A stretch of 64,000 bases of DNA from Acidobacteriota bacterium (GTDB taxonomy: Bacteria > Acidobacteriota > Vicinamibacteria > Marinacidobacterales > Marinacidobacteraceae), in contig JAJDUD010000024.1 in NCBI GenBank assembly GCA_022826825.1, forward strand, positions 163,084-227,083, in the 5' to 3' direction. Below the pieces are notes generated by a model. That model saw only the letters and a list, made by a program, of their open reading frames with translations. It was not told the origin of the DNA and ran no database searches. Of this stretch, positions 27,696-38,729 are shown piece by piece; the stretch's first letter is position 1, and each line of letters opens with the position of its first letter. A program made the translations under genes and the position numbers.

Positions 27696-28955
27696 TTGAG
27701 CGGCGCCCCCCGCGCCCGGGCGCTCCTGCTGGGGTGCGCCGTGCTCTGGTCCTGCGGCCCGGCGGGGGACGACCCGCTCCCGTCGAAGGTGCTTCCCGGC
27801 CTCGATCGGCTCGTCGCCGAGGGTCCGGGAGACCTCCTCGGGCAGCGGGTCGGACTCGTCACGAACCACACGGGCCGCACCATCGACGGACGATCGGCGG
27901 CGGCCGCCCTGATCGAGGCCGGGGTGGACGTCGCGATGCTCTTCGGTCCGGAGCACGGGGTTTCCGGGTCGGCCGCCGCCGGGGCGGAGGTCGCGTCGGG
28001 CCGGGACCCGGAGACCGGGCTGCCGGTGGTCAGCCTCTACGGGGAGCGGCGCCGTCCCGACGAGGCGTCGCTCGCCGGCCTGGACGCGCTCGTCTTCGAC
28101 ATCCAGGACATCGGGGTCCGCTACTACACCTACATCTCCACGCTGCGGAACGCGCTCGTGGCCGCCCACCGGGCGGGAATCGGGTTCTGGGTGCTCGACC
28201 GTCCCAACCCGAACGGCGGCGACCGGGTGGAGGGACCGATGCTCGACCCGGAGTTCCGGTCCTTCGTGGGCACGGACCGGCTCCCGCTCCTCCACGGGAT
28301 GACGGTCGGGGAACTGGCGCGGCTGTTCGCGGCGCGCGAGGGGGCGGCGGTCCGGGTGGTCCCCGTGCAGGGTCTCACCCGCAGCACCCGGTGGGAGGAG
28401 ACAGGGCTCCCGTGGCGCCCGCCGTCGCCCAACATCCCGACGCTCGAGAGCGCCCGCGTGTATCCGGGGTTCGGCCTGTTCGAGGGCGTGATGCTCTCGG
28501 AGGGCCGCGGCACCGAGACCCCCTTCGAGGTGGTGGGGGCGCCGTGGGTGGACGCCGCCGCCTGGATCGGGGAGCTCGGGGGCGCCGCCGCGCTTCCCGG
28601 TGTTCGCTTCGCGGAGACGCGTTTCACCCCGAGAGCGGTCCCGGCCGCGCCGAATCCGCGTTTCGCCGGCCGGGCGAGCCGCGGACTGCGAGTCGAAATC
28701 ACCGACCTGGCGGCCTTCCGGCCGGTGCGCAGCGGTCTGGCGGCGATCGAGGCGGTCCGCCGCACGCATCCCGGCGACTTCGGCTGGCGCCCGAGCGGAG
28801 AGCGCTACTGGCTGGACCTGCTGCTCGGGACCGACCGCATTCGCCGGGGAATCGAGGCCGGGGTCGCGGTGGACGCGCTGATGGCGTCCGAAGATCCCGC
28901 GGTCACCGAATTCCTCGAGGAACGCGGCCGTCACCTCCTGTATCCGGACCGATGA
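27696..28955 (+). CDS. DUF1343 family protein (NamZ-like exo-beta-N-acetylmuramidase family)
   Basis: 419 aa with a TTG start per the track. VGLVTNHTG, FGPEHG, SLYGE, FDIQDIGVRYYTY, LDRPNP and HGMTVGELA match the DUF1343 signature. Confidence 0.8.
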   Translation: MSGAPRARALLLGCAVLWSCGPAGDDPLPSKVLPGLDRLVAEGPGDLLGQRVGLVTNHTGRTIDGRSAAAALIEAGVDVAMLFGPEHGVSGSAAAGAEVASGRDPETGLPVVSLYGERRRPDEASLAGLDALVFDIQDIGVRYYTYISTLRNALVAAHRAGIGFWVLDRPNPNGGDRVEGPMLDPEFRSFVGTDRLPLLHGMTVGELARLFAAREGAAVRVVPVQGLTRSTRWEETGLPWRPPSPNIPTLESARVYPGFGLFEGVMLSEGRGTETPFEVVGAPWVDAAAWIGELGGAAALPGVRFAETRFTPRAVPAAPNPRFAGRASRGLRVEITDLAAFRPVRSGLAAIEAVRRTHPGDFGWRPSGERYWLDLLLGTDRIRRGIEAGVAVDALMASEDPAVTEFLEERGRHLLYPDR

Positions 28956-29938
28956 ACGGCGGCGAACCCCGGGAACTCCCCGCACCGGCGGGGGCGCTGC
29001 CGGAAGCCGGGGAACGCCCCGCGGCAGCGGCGGCCCCGGGACCCCGGCGGTTCCTGCTCCCGGCGGCGCTCTTCGTCGCCACCCTCGCCACCACCCTCTG
29101 GGTGGGCGGCGCGCTCGGGATCGCCGCCGAGGCGCCGGAGCTCTTCCGGGCGCCCGGGGAGGCGCGTTCCGGCCTCGAGTGGACGCTCCTCTGGATCCGC
29201 TACGGCATCCCGTATTCGTTCTCGCTGCTCTTCATCCTCCTGTGCCACGAGTTCGGGCACTACCTCACGGCGCGCTACTACCGGGTGGACGCCAGCCTCC
29301 CCTACTTCCTGCCCATGCCGTTCACGATCGTGGGGACGCTCGGCGCCTTCATCCGCATCCGGTCGCCGTTCCCGAACCGCCGGGCCCTCCTCGACGTGGG
29401 GCTCGCCGGGCCCATCGCCGGGTTCGTGGTCTGCCTGCCGCTTCTGGCGGCGGGGGTTGCCTCCTCGCGTCCCGGCCCGTTGGCGCCGGGGGGCCTCCAG
29501 TTCGGGGAGCCGATGCTCTTCCAGTGGTTCGCGTCGGCCTTCGGTCCCGCGGTTCCCGACGGGCAGGTCCTCTACCTGAGCCCGATGGGACTTGCCGCCT
29601 GGTTCGGCCTGCTCGTCACCGCGATCAATCTGCTGCCGATGGGCCAGCTCGACGGCGGGCACGCGCTCTACGCGGTGCTCCGGGGGCGCGCCGCGCGGTT
29701 CTCCAGGACGGTCCACCTGCTCATGTTCCCGCTGGCCGTGTGGTCGCCGACCTGGCTCGTGTGGGGCCTGCTCTGCCTGCTGCTCGGCGCCCGGCGCCCC
29801 CACCCGCCGACCCTCGACGACGCCGCGCCGCTCGGGCGGAGCCGTCACCTGCTGGCAGGCGCCGGGCTCGCCACGTTCGTCCTCTGCTTCACCCCCGAAC
29901 CGGTGGTGATGGACTGGAGCATGCTCTTCGGTTCCTGA
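28952..29938 (+). CDS. site-2 protease (peptidase M50) family membrane protein
   Basis: The ATG at 28952 overlaps the previous stop (ATGA), in frame with the tail of track ORF 27734..29938. HEFGHY zinc motif and NLLPMGQLDGGH. Confidence 0.8.
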   Translation: MNGGEPRELPAPAGALPEAGERPAAAAAPGPRRFLLPAALFVATLATTLWVGGALGIAAEAPELFRAPGEARSGLEWTLLWIRYGIPYSFSLLFILLCHEFGHYLTARYYRVDASLPYFLPMPFTIVGTLGAFIRIRSPFPNRRALLDVGLAGPIAGFVVCLPLLAAGVASSRPGPLAPGGLQFGEPMLFQWFASAFGPAVPDGQVLYLSPMGLAAWFGLLVTAINLLPMGQLDGGHALYAVLRGRAARFSRTVHLLMFPLAVWSPTWLVWGLLCLLLGARRPHPPTLDDAAPLGRSRHLLAGAGLATFVLCFTPEPVVMDWSMLFGS

Positions 29939-30031
29939 CGGAGGGAGGCCGCCGGGGGCGCGCGCGGACTCCTCCCGGAAGGCCCGGAAGAGCCCGGCTC
30001 CCGCGGCCCGGGGCGGGTGGCGGCGTCCGCG

Positions 30032-30060
30032 TTGACACGGACCCGCGCGGGGTCTACCGT
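30032..30060 (+). promoter_or_regulatory. candidate sigma70-type promoter upstream of leuA
   Basis: TTGACA (30032-30037), 17-nt spacer, TACCGT (30055-30060), about 100 nt upstream of the leuA ATG. Sequence-only prediction. Confidence 0.3.
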
Positions 30061-30159
30061 TGGCGAAGCGGCATCCCGGCGGCCTCCTGCGGCTGGCCGG
30101 GCTTCTTTCTTCCAACGCCCGAACGGCCGCGGTTCCGGCCCTCCACGGGGAGTACCCCC

Positions 30160-31365
<1,206 letters not shown>

Positions 31366-31455
31366 GTTTTCGCCTTGACAGGCTGTCGGAGAATCCAGGC
31401 GGCATCGCACAGGGGCCTCCCCGACAATGTCGCCGTCGGATAGGCTCCGCGCCCC

Positions 31456-31992
31456 TTGCCCCCGAAAAAGCGCTCCGGCCCCCGCGGCTCGCTCGAGAAA
31501 CGGCCGCTGAAGGTCCTGTCGCGACTCGCCCAACTGGACGATCCCGGGGAGCTGCCGGCGCTGCTGGGACCCCTGGTCGCCAGGCGGCATTCCTTCGCGG
31601 CCTACCGGAAGGCCGCCCGTGAACTCGTTGCCGAACGGGCCGAGGCGCGCGCCCGGCGGCTCGGCGAGCCGACGCTCTCGGACGCCGAGCGGCAGGCGCT
31701 CGGGAGGGCGGGAAGCCGGCTGCTGGGGCTCGCGGACGGGGGCTCGCCGCTGGCGGGCTTTTCGGACGAGGCGCTCGAGGGCGTCCGGAGCGAACGCGAT
31801 CCGGCCCGGCTCGCGGAGCGGCTCGGCGAACTCGACCCCGAAGGGGAGTGGGACGAGGTCCCCCGCATGGGACTGCTGAACGGCCTGGTGCTGGTGGCGG
31901 TTTCCTCCGAGGCGGAACGCCGCTGGCGGCTCAAGGACGCCGCGAACCGGGCGCGCACCCGGCGCGCCCGGGGAAATGGAGAAGGGAGGTGA
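31456..31992 (+). CDS. hypothetical protein inserted between leuA and leuC
   Basis: 178 aa with a TTG start per the track and strong G/C third-position bias. No recognisable motif. Confidence 0.5.
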   Translation: MPPKKRSGPRGSLEKRPLKVLSRLAQLDDPGELPALLGPLVARRHSFAAYRKAARELVAERAEARARRLGEPTLSDAERQALGRAGSRLLGLADGGSPLAGFSDEALEGVRSERDPARLAERLGELDPEGEWDEVPRMGLLNGLVLVAVSSEAERRWRLKDAANRARTRRARGNGEGR

Positions 31993-31994
31993 GC

Positions 31995-33395
31995 GTGAAG
32001 AAACCGCGGACGCTCTTCGACAAGATCTGGGACGCCCACGAGGCCGTCCCGGCGGGCCCGGACCATCCGGCGGTCATCTACGTGGACACCCACCTGATCC
32101 ACGAGGTGACCTCGCCGCAGGCCTTCGCCCTGCTCCGGGAACGGGGGCTGCGGGTCCGGCGCCCTGATCGGACGTGGGCGACGGTGGACCACTCGATTCC
32201 GACGCGTTTCGTGGAGGGCCGGCCCGCGTTCCTGAATCGGGCCACCCGGAACCAGGTGGAGACCCTGGAGCGGAACTGCGAGGAGCATGGCATCCTGCTC
32301 TTCCGGATGGGCGATCCCGGGCAGGGCATCGTCCACGTCATCGGCCCGGAACTCGGCCTCACCCAACCCGGCCGGGTCATCGTCTGCGGGGACAGCCACA
32401 CGAGCACCCACGGCGCCTTCGGCGCCTGGGCGTTCGGGATCGGGACGACGGAGGTCGCCCAGGTACTCGCCACGCAGTGCCTGCTGCAGGAGCGCCCCCA
32501 CACGCTCGGCATCGAGATCTCGGGACGACTCGGCGCGGGGGTCACGGCCAAGGACCTGATTCTCGGGGTGATCCGGAGGTTCGGCGTCGCGGCGGGCCGG
32601 GGGCACGTGATCGAGTACCGGGGCGGAGCGGTCCGGGCGCTCGACATGGAAGCGCGGATGACGCTTTGCAACATGTCCATCGAGGCCGGAGCGCGCGCCG
32701 GCCTGATCGCTCCCGACGAGACCACCTTCGAATACCTGGAGGGCAGGGAACAGGTCCCGTCCGGGGACGCCTTCGCCGGCCTCGTCGCCCGCTGGAGCCG
32801 GTTGCCCACCGACGAGGGCGCCGCGTTCGACCGGTCGCTGTCGTTCGATGCCGGCTCCCTCGAGCCCATGGTCACCTGGGGGACGAACCCGGGAATGTCC
32901 TGCGGGGTCTCGGAAGCGGTCCCCGCGCCGGCCGATGCCGAAGAGCGGGCGGCGCTCGACTACATGGGGATCGAGGCGGGGCGGCCGCTCCTGGGCCGGC
33001 CGGCCGACGTGGTCTTCATCGGGAGCTGCACCAACGCCCGGATCTCCGACCTGCGGGCGGCGGCGCGGGTGCTGGCGGGCCGCCGCACGAATCCCGCCAC
33101 GCAACTGCTGGTGGTCCCGGGTTCGGCGAAGGTGCGCCGCCAGGCGGAGGCCGAGGGACTGGACGAGGTGTTCCGCGCCGCCGGGGCCGAATGGCGGGCG
33201 CCCGGCTGCTCGATGTGCATCGCCATGAACGGGGACCGGCTGTCGCCCCGGGAGCTCGCGGTCTCGACTTCGAACCGCAACTTCGAGGGCAGGCAGGGGC
33301 CCGGGGGCCGGACGGTGCTGGCCTCGCCGGTGACCGCCGCCGCCTCGGCGCTCGCCGGGGCGGTGGCCGATCCCCGGCCCTTCCTCCAGGACTGA
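31995..33395 (+). CDS. leuC: 3-isopropylmalate dehydratase large subunit
   Basis: GTG at 31995 preceded by [24 protein letters not shown]... N-terminus and Fe-S Cys motifs ([13 protein letters not shown]). Confidence 0.9.
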   Translation: MKKPRTLFDKIWDAHEAVPAGPDHPAVIYVDTHLIHEVTSPQAFALLRERGLRVRRPDRTWATVDHSIPTRFVEGRPAFLNRATRNQVETLERNCEEHGILLFRMGDPGQGIVHVIGPELGLTQPGRVIVCGDSHTSTHGAFGAWAFGIGTTEVAQVLATQCLLQERPHTLGIEISGRLGAGVTAKDLILGVIRRFGVAAGRGHVIEYRGGAVRALDMEARMTLCNMSIEAGARAGLIAPDETTFEYLEGREQVPSGDAFAGLVARWSRLPTDEGAAFDRSLSFDAGSLEPMVTWGTNPGMSCGVSEAVPAPADAEERAALDYMGIEAGRPLLGRPADVVFIGSCTNARISDLRAAARVLAGRRTNPATQLLVVPGSAKVRRQAEAEGLDEVFRAAGAEWRAPGCSMCIAMNGDRLSPRELAVSTSNRNFEGRQGPGGRTVLASPVTAAASALAGAVADPRPFLQD

Positions 33396-33406
33396 AGGAG
33401 AACTCC

Positions 33407-34000
33407 ATGGACCCCGTGGTTCGCATCGCCTCCCGCACGGTCGTCCTGCCCGCCGACAACGTGGACACCGACCAGATCATTCCGGCGCGGTTTCTGACCG
33501 GCACCCGCCGCGACGGGCTGGGGGCCTCGCTGTTCGCCGACTGGCGCCGCGACGGCGCCGGGGAGTTGCGCCCCGATTTTCCGCTCAACCGGCCGGAGGC
33601 GGAAGGATCCCGCATCCTGGTCGCCGGGGCCAACTTCGGCTGCGGCTCGTCGCGTGAGCACGCCCCCTGGGCGCTCACCGACTACGGCTTCGCCGCCGTC
33701 GTGAGTCCCTCGATCGCGGACATCTTCAAGGGGAACGCGGTCCGGAACGGCCTCGTCCCGGTGGAGATCGAGCCGTCCGCCCACCGGCAACTCGTCTCCC
33801 GTCCGGGAGCCGAGATCGTGATCGACGTGCAGGCCGGGAGCGTGTCGCTCCCGGACGGGGGTTCGGCCCGCTTCGAACTGGCTCCCTTTGCGCGCCGGTG
33901 CCTGCTCACCGGGCGAGGCCCGCTGGACTTCCTGCTGGAGCGGGAGGCGGCGATTCTCCGCTACGAGCAGGGGAAGGACGACGACGCCGCAGCGCCGTGA
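33407..34000 (+). CDS. leuD: 3-isopropylmalate dehydratase small subunit
   Basis: ATG at 33407 preceded by GAAGGAG. DNVDTDQIIPARFL and GANFGCGSSREHA motifs. Confidence 0.9.
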   Translation: MDPVVRIASRTVVLPADNVDTDQIIPARFLTGTRRDGLGASLFADWRRDGAGELRPDFPLNRPEAEGSRILVAGANFGCGSSREHAPWALTDYGFAAVVSPSIADIFKGNAVRNGLVPVEIEPSAHRQLVSRPGAEIVIDVQAGSVSLPDGGSARFELAPFARRCLLTGRGPLDFLLEREAAILRYEQGKDDDAAAP

Positions 34001-34596
34001 GCGAGCCGCGGCGCTGCGGGTGGGCCGAGGGGACCTTCCCCGACTACGTCCGCTATCACGACGAGGAATGGGGCGTTCCGGTTCGCGACGACCACCGGCA
34101 GTTCGAGTTTCTGGTGCTGGAATCCGCCCAGGCGGGACTCAGTTGGGCCACGATCCTGAAGCGGCGCGAGGGGTATCGAAAGGCGTTCGCCGGCTTCGAC
34201 CCGGAGAGGGTTTCCCGTTTCCGGAAACCGCGGATCGAACGGCTGCTCGCCAACCCGGCCATCATCCGCAACCGGGGGAAGGTGGAGGCCGCGGTCAACA
34301 ACGCGCGGCGTTTCCTCGAAGTCCAACGGGAGTTCGGGAGCTTCAGCGACTACATCTGGAGCTTCGTGGGCGGGGCGCCGCTGGTGAACCGGTGGCGGCG
34401 CGAGGACGAAGTCCCCGCGACCTCGGAGCAGTCGGCGGCGCTGGCCCGCGATTTGAAGGCCCGTGGTTTCCGCTTCGTGGGCGACACGATCCTCTACGCT
34501 CACATGCAGGCGACCGGCCTCGTGAACGACCACCTGGTGTCCTGCTTTCGGCACCGGGAGGTGGGCACGGGTAAAGCGTCCGGCCCGGACCGGTGA
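33997..34596 (+). CDS. tag: DNA-3-methyladenine glycosylase I
   Basis: GTG at 33997 overlaps the leuD stop (GTGA). CGWA...YHDEEWGVP and LESAQAGLSW are typical of Tag. Confidence 0.85.
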   Translation: MSEPRRCGWAEGTFPDYVRYHDEEWGVPVRDDHRQFEFLVLESAQAGLSWATILKRREGYRKAFAGFDPERVSRFRKPRIERLLANPAIIRNRGKVEAAVNNARRFLEVQREFGSFSDYIWSFVGGAPLVNRWRREDEVPATSEQSAALARDLKARGFRFVGDTILYAHMQATGLVNDHLVSCFRHREVGTGKASGPDR

Positions 34597-35819
34597 GTCC
34601 GACGCGGATGACCCCGGCGCGGCGGTTCCGGGGAGGCGGGTGGGCGGCGTCCCTGCTGCTGCTGGGTCTCGCATGCGGTGGAGGGGAGAACAGCCAGACT
34701 CCGGTGACCCCGGGAACGCCCCGGATTTCCCCGAAGGAACTGAGGGGCCTCGAGGTCACCCTGGCGCGGAGCGACCTCCGGGTCGGCCAGGTGACCGGCC
34801 CGGCGCTCGCGTACGGCCGCTACGACGACGGCACGACGGGCATCGTGGAAGGCGCCTGGACCTCCTCGGATCCCTCCGTCGTGGAGGTGGGAGAGGACGG
34901 AACGTTGACCGGCGTCGCGGTGGGCCGCGCCACCGTCTCGGCCTCGTTCGAGGGATTCGGCGACGCGCTGGACCTGGACGTGCTGCCGCCCAATCCACGG
35001 CACGACCGGGACCAGCCGGACGACTTGACCGGTCCCCAGGTCCATGTCGTCTACGCGCTCCCGAGCGACGTGGAGGACGGGAACCTGGATCGCTACGGGG
35101 ACATCGAACGGTCGCTCGAGGCCATCCAGCACTGGTTGGAGGCCGAGACCGGGCGCCGGCTCCGGCTCGACACCGCCGGGGGCAGGCTCGACGTGACGTT
35201 CCTGCGCCTGCCCTTCACGGCCGGGGAGGGAGAGGAGCGGGGCGCCTCGCTGGCCGAGGACCTCGAAGGCGCGATCCGGGACGGAGTGGGCACTTCTCCC
35301 GAGAAGGTCTACGCGGCGTACTACGCCGGACGTTCCGGGGACGACTGCGGCGCCGCGAGTGCGGAGGGCCGCGTCGCCGTCGCCTTCGTGCACCCGGAGG
35401 GATGCAGCCCGCGGGCCGTGGGAGGCGATCGGGAAACCCCCTCGACCTACGAGGCGGTGATGGTGCACGAACTGCTGCACGTCTTCGGGGCCGTGCCGGA
35501 GTGCGCTCCCGACCGGTTGGAAACGGGTGCGCACGTGGGGACAAGTGTCGAGGACCTCATGTATGCCGGCCCCGAGTGGAGCGGACACGACGAAGTGGTC
35601 ATCGACGCGGGGCGCGACGACTACTTCGGACATGGGCGGGCCGACTGTCCCGACGTTTCGACCAGCGGGTTCTGGGAACCGGCCGCCGGGGTTGGGCCCC
35701 GCCCACCGGGGGCGAGGCCTCTCCATCCGGTCATCCCGTCCGCCGACTGGCCGGTTCGCTGCGCTCTCCGGCCGCGTCCGGCCGAGGCGGTGGCGTCCGA
35801 CCCTCCTCCGCCCAAATAG
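34593..35819 (+). CDS. lipoprotein with bacterial Ig-like (Big_2) domain and putative HExxH metallopeptidase domain
   Basis: 408 aa. Lipobox LLGLACGG. A Big_2-like segment (WTSSDPSVVEVGEDGTLTGVAVGRATV). A HELLH motif later in the protein. Confidence 0.6.
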   Translation: MSPTRMTPARRFRGGGWAASLLLLGLACGGGENSQTPVTPGTPRISPKELRGLEVTLARSDLRVGQVTGPALAYGRYDDGTTGIVEGAWTSSDPSVVEVGEDGTLTGVAVGRATVSASFEGFGDALDLDVLPPNPRHDRDQPDDLTGPQVHVVYALPSDVEDGNLDRYGDIERSLEAIQHWLEAETGRRLRLDTAGGRLDVTFLRLPFTAGEGEERGASLAEDLEGAIRDGVGTSPEKVYAAYYAGRSGDDCGAASAEGRVAVAFVHPEGCSPRAVGGDRETPSTYEAVMVHELLHVFGAVPECAPDRLETGAHVGTSVEDLMYAGPEWSGHDEVVIDAGRDDYFGHGRADCPDVSTSGFWEPAAGVGPRPPGARPLHPVIPSADWPVRCALRPRPAEAVASDPPPPK

Positions 35820-35918
35820 CGACGTCAGGGGCGCCGCCGCCAGCCCCGTTTCTGCACCTTCGCTTCGACTTTTCCACATTCGGGCCCGCGGCGGGAATTT
35901 TTCGGTGCGTTTTTCGTC

Positions 35919-37058
35919 TTGGGAAGTGTGCGCCGTTTTTTCAACTGGAGACGTCCCGTCCGCGCGGTTGGGGTTGATTTCGGGTATTCCGGGGTCAAGG
36001 CGGTGGCCCTCTCCGCGGACGGCGGGGAGTTGACGCTGCTGGGGGCGGGGTCCGAGCCGCTCCCGCCGGGGGCCCTGTGGGATGGCGCGGTGCGTGACGC
36101 CGACGCGGTCAGCGCTGCCCTCGGCCGCCTGCTCAGCCGGCTCGGGGTGCGGTGCCGTCTGCTGGCGCTCGCCATCGGCGGCGGCTCGGTCTTCGTCAAG
36201 CGGTTCTCCCTGCCGCCCGAAGCGGTGGCGCCCGGGACGGCGCCGGGCGATCTGCGCGAGGCGGTCGCGCGGGAAGCGGCCCGCCACGTCCCGTTTCATC
36301 TCGAATCCCTCGAGTTCGACTACGAGGCGCGCGCCGCCGACCCGGAGGCGGCGGGGAGCGACCCGGAGGGGCGCGGGCCTCCGGCCATCGTGTTCGGGGC
36401 CGCCCCGCGAGAGATGGTGCTGGAACACTGCCGGGCCGCCGCGGCCGCCGGAAGGGAGGTGACCCGGGTCGAACTCGAGCCGTACGCGCTCCATGCGGCC
36501 GTGGCGCTGGCGGACCGCTTCGCGGGAGCGGACCGGGATCCCGGCGCGCTGGCGATCGTCGAGATCGGGGCCTCGCGTGCCGGAATCCATGTCTTCGGCG
36601 ATCCGCCCCCGGCCGACACCCCCGCGGGAGCGGGCGCGCCGGCCGATCTGCTCGCGAGCCTTCCGGTGCCCGGAGCGGGGGTGCTGGCGATGGACGGGCC
36701 GGCGTCGCCGGGGGAATCCGGAGTCGGGCCGGCACCTCCCGGCGGCGGCCGGCAGCCCCGGCCGCCGGGGATCCCGGCCCGCGAGATGTTCCAGGACCGG
36801 ATCGTGGCGGTGGCGCGGGAGGCTTTCCGGGAGGCCGGGTTGCGCCGGGGAACGCGGGTCCTGCTGAGCGGTGGCGGAGCCGGTTCACCGGCGGTTCGCG
36901 GGGGTCTCAGGGACCTTGCTTCCGGAGACCCGGTGGCGCTCGACCCGCTGGAAGGGCTCGCTCCGTCGGAGTTCGGGCCGGCGTATTCGGTGGCCGCCGG
37001 GCTCGCCTACCAGCAGATCGTCGCCCGGCTCGGGCCGGGGACCGGAGGGCGCTCGTGA
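35919..37058 (+). CDS. pilM: type IV pilus assembly protein PilM
   Basis: 379 aa. Actin-like ATPase fold N-terminus VGVDFGYSGVKAVAL. First gene of a pilMNOPQ-ordered operon. Confidence 0.8.
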   Translation: MGSVRRFFNWRRPVRAVGVDFGYSGVKAVALSADGGELTLLGAGSEPLPPGALWDGAVRDADAVSAALGRLLSRLGVRCRLLALAIGGGSVFVKRFSLPPEAVAPGTAPGDLREAVAREAARHVPFHLESLEFDYEARAADPEAAGSDPEGRGPPAIVFGAAPREMVLEHCRAAAAAGREVTRVELEPYALHAAVALADRFAGADRDPGALAIVEIGASRAGIHVFGDPPPADTPAGAGAPADLLASLPVPGAGVLAMDGPASPGESGVGPAPPGGGRQPRPPGIPAREMFQDRIVAVAREAFREAGLRRGTRVLLSGGGAGSPAVRGGLRDLASGDPVALDPLEGLAPSEFGPAYSVAAGLAYQQIVARLGPGTGGRS

Positions 37059-37675
37059 ATCTTCTGCCAGGAGACGCTCCGCGATCCCGGAAGCGGGCCG
37101 GGCCCGCCGGGTTCCCGGGACGGTTGCGGATGGTGGGGAGCGTGCTGCTGGCCGGCCTCGCGCTGGTTGTCATCGGACTCGACGTCCGGTCCCTGACCAC
37201 GCGGCTCGAGAGCGCTCGCACCGAGCGGGACCGCCTGCGGGTCCTGGCCACCGAGCGTCGAGTCCTGGAGGAGCGGCTCGATCGGGACCGCGGCCTCCTT
37301 CGACGGCTGCGGATCGAGGAAGCCCGCCTTGCCCGCTGGGACGAGGAGCGGTTCCTGCTCCCGGAACTGCTCCGGACGCTGTCGGCCGCGATACCGGACG
37401 CCGTCGTGCTGGAGGCGGTCCGCCGCGACGGTTCCGACCTCCGGGTGACCGGACGGGCCGCTTCCGCAGCCGCGGTCGCCCGGACCCTGGAGGCCCTCCT
37501 GGAAACGGAGCGGATGGGCGGGCTGGAACTGCTCTGGGTTGAGCGGGCCGGCGAGGCGGGGGACTCCGTGGAACAGCGCTTCGCGTTCGCCGGATCGCTT
37601 CGCTACGCGTCCCGGGAACCGGAGCCCTTCGGGCGGGTCGAAGTGCTGTCCCGGACCGAAGGGGGGGCCCGTTGA
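37055..37675 (+). CDS. pilN: type IV pilus assembly protein PilN
   Basis: GTG at 37055 overlaps the pilM stop (GTGA). VNLLP N-terminus, a single TM helix and a coiled coil, in the PilN position. Confidence 0.7.
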   Translation: MNLLPGDAPRSRKRAGPAGFPGRLRMVGSVLLAGLALVVIGLDVRSLTTRLESARTERDRLRVLATERRVLEERLDRDRGLLRRLRIEEARLARWDEERFLLPELLRTLSAAIPDAVVLEAVRRDGSDLRVTGRAASAAAVARTLEALLETERMGGLELLWVERAGEAGDSVEQRFAFAGSLRYASREPEPFGRVEVLSRTEGGAR

Positions 37676-38280
37676 GGCGCTCCGCGTCCCGGTGGGCGGG
37701 AGCCGGGTCGTTCCTCGCCGCGGCCGCCGTCGCCTACGCCGTCTTTCGATGGGGCGTGCGGCCGGAGATGGCCGCCGAGGCCCGGCGAGTCGAGGAGGAG
37801 GTCGCGCGGCTGCACGCGCAGGCGAATGCGGGTCGCGCCACGCCTTCCGGCGGGGACGCCGCGGAGGCTGCGCAACTCGCCGGCGAACGGACCCGGGTCG
37901 AAGAGCGCGTTCTGGCCCTCCGGGGGATTCTGGCCACCGCGGGCGAATCGGACGCGGTCCTGCAGTCGCTGGGCGCGACCGCCGCCGCGGCGGGAATCCG
38001 GTTCCTGCGCTTCGCACCCGAGCCCGGCTACCGACTGGACGGATACCTGGCCAGCGCCGTTTCGGTCGTTGCCGAGGGGGCCTTCGTCGATTTCCTTCGC
38101 TTCTTCGAACGGGTGTCGCTCTCGCCGCACCTGGTCCTGATGGAAGAGGTCGCTCTCGAACGGGCGCCCGGCGATCTCCTCCGGTGCCGTTTCGTCGCGG
38201 TCACCGTCCGCGCCGTCGAGGACTCCGGCCTCGAGGCGTCCGATCCCGAAGAGCGAGCGGATGGGAGATTCCAGGAGTGA
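37672..38280 (+). CDS. pilO: type IV pilus assembly protein PilO
   Basis: 202 aa. The start overlaps the pilN stop. TM helix plus coiled coil. Assigned by position and architecture. Confidence 0.65.
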   Translation: MRRSASRWAGAGSFLAAAAVAYAVFRWGVRPEMAAEARRVEEEVARLHAQANAGRATPSGGDAAEAAQLAGERTRVEERVLALRGILATAGESDAVLQSLGATAAAAGIRFLRFAPEPGYRLDGYLASAVSVVAEGAFVDFLRFFERVSLSPHLVLMEEVALERAPGDLLRCRFVAVTVRAVEDSGLEASDPEERADGRFQE

Positions 38281-38729
38281 TGCGCGCGACCTCGTGGAGA
38301 ACGGCAGCCCTCCTGGCGGTCGGGTTCCTCGGCCTCGGGCGGGCGGAGGCGGCGACCGGCCGGTCCTTCCCCCCGGTCCGGCGGGGGGAGCAGCAGCCGG
38401 TGCGTGATCCGTTCCGGGGGCCGGGGGCGGGGGCGACCGCGCCGCGGCCGCCGGGGCTCGCCGGGGTCCGGGTGACGGAAGCCGTGATTCGGGGAATCGT
38501 TCGCTACGGGGTCCCGGCGGGCGCCGGGCTGCGGTCCGATGCTCCCGGCTGGGCGATTCTCGAGTCCCCTTCCGGAGAGGGATTCGTCGCGGCTCCGGGC
38601 GATCGGCTGCTGGACGGGGTCCTGGGGAGGATCGAAGCGGGCGGCGTCGTTTTCTGGCTGGGGGGGGATCCGGACCGCCCCGTCCATCGGCCGCTCGCGC
38701 GGCCCGGAGAACCCGAGGAGAAGCAATGA
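38280..38729 (+). CDS. pilP: PilP-like pilus assembly protein
   Basis: The ATG at 38280 overlaps the pilO stop. Signal peptide MRATSWRTAALLAVGFLGLGRAEA. Small beta-rich domain upstream of pilQ. Confidence 0.55.
   Translation: MRATSWRTAALLAVGFLGLGRAEAATGRSFPPVRRGEQQPVRDPFRGPGAGATAPRPPGLAGVRVTEAVIRGIVRYGVPAGAGLRSDAPGWAILESPSGEGFVAAPGDRLLDGVLGRIEAGGVVFWLGGDPDRPVHRPLARPGEPEEKQ

Noticed and set aside
31456-31992. Could this ORF be the detached LeuA regulatory domain?
   Set aside because: The sequence is helical and Arg/Glu/Ala-rich. It bears no resemblance to the beta-alpha-beta leucine-binding domain as I remember it.
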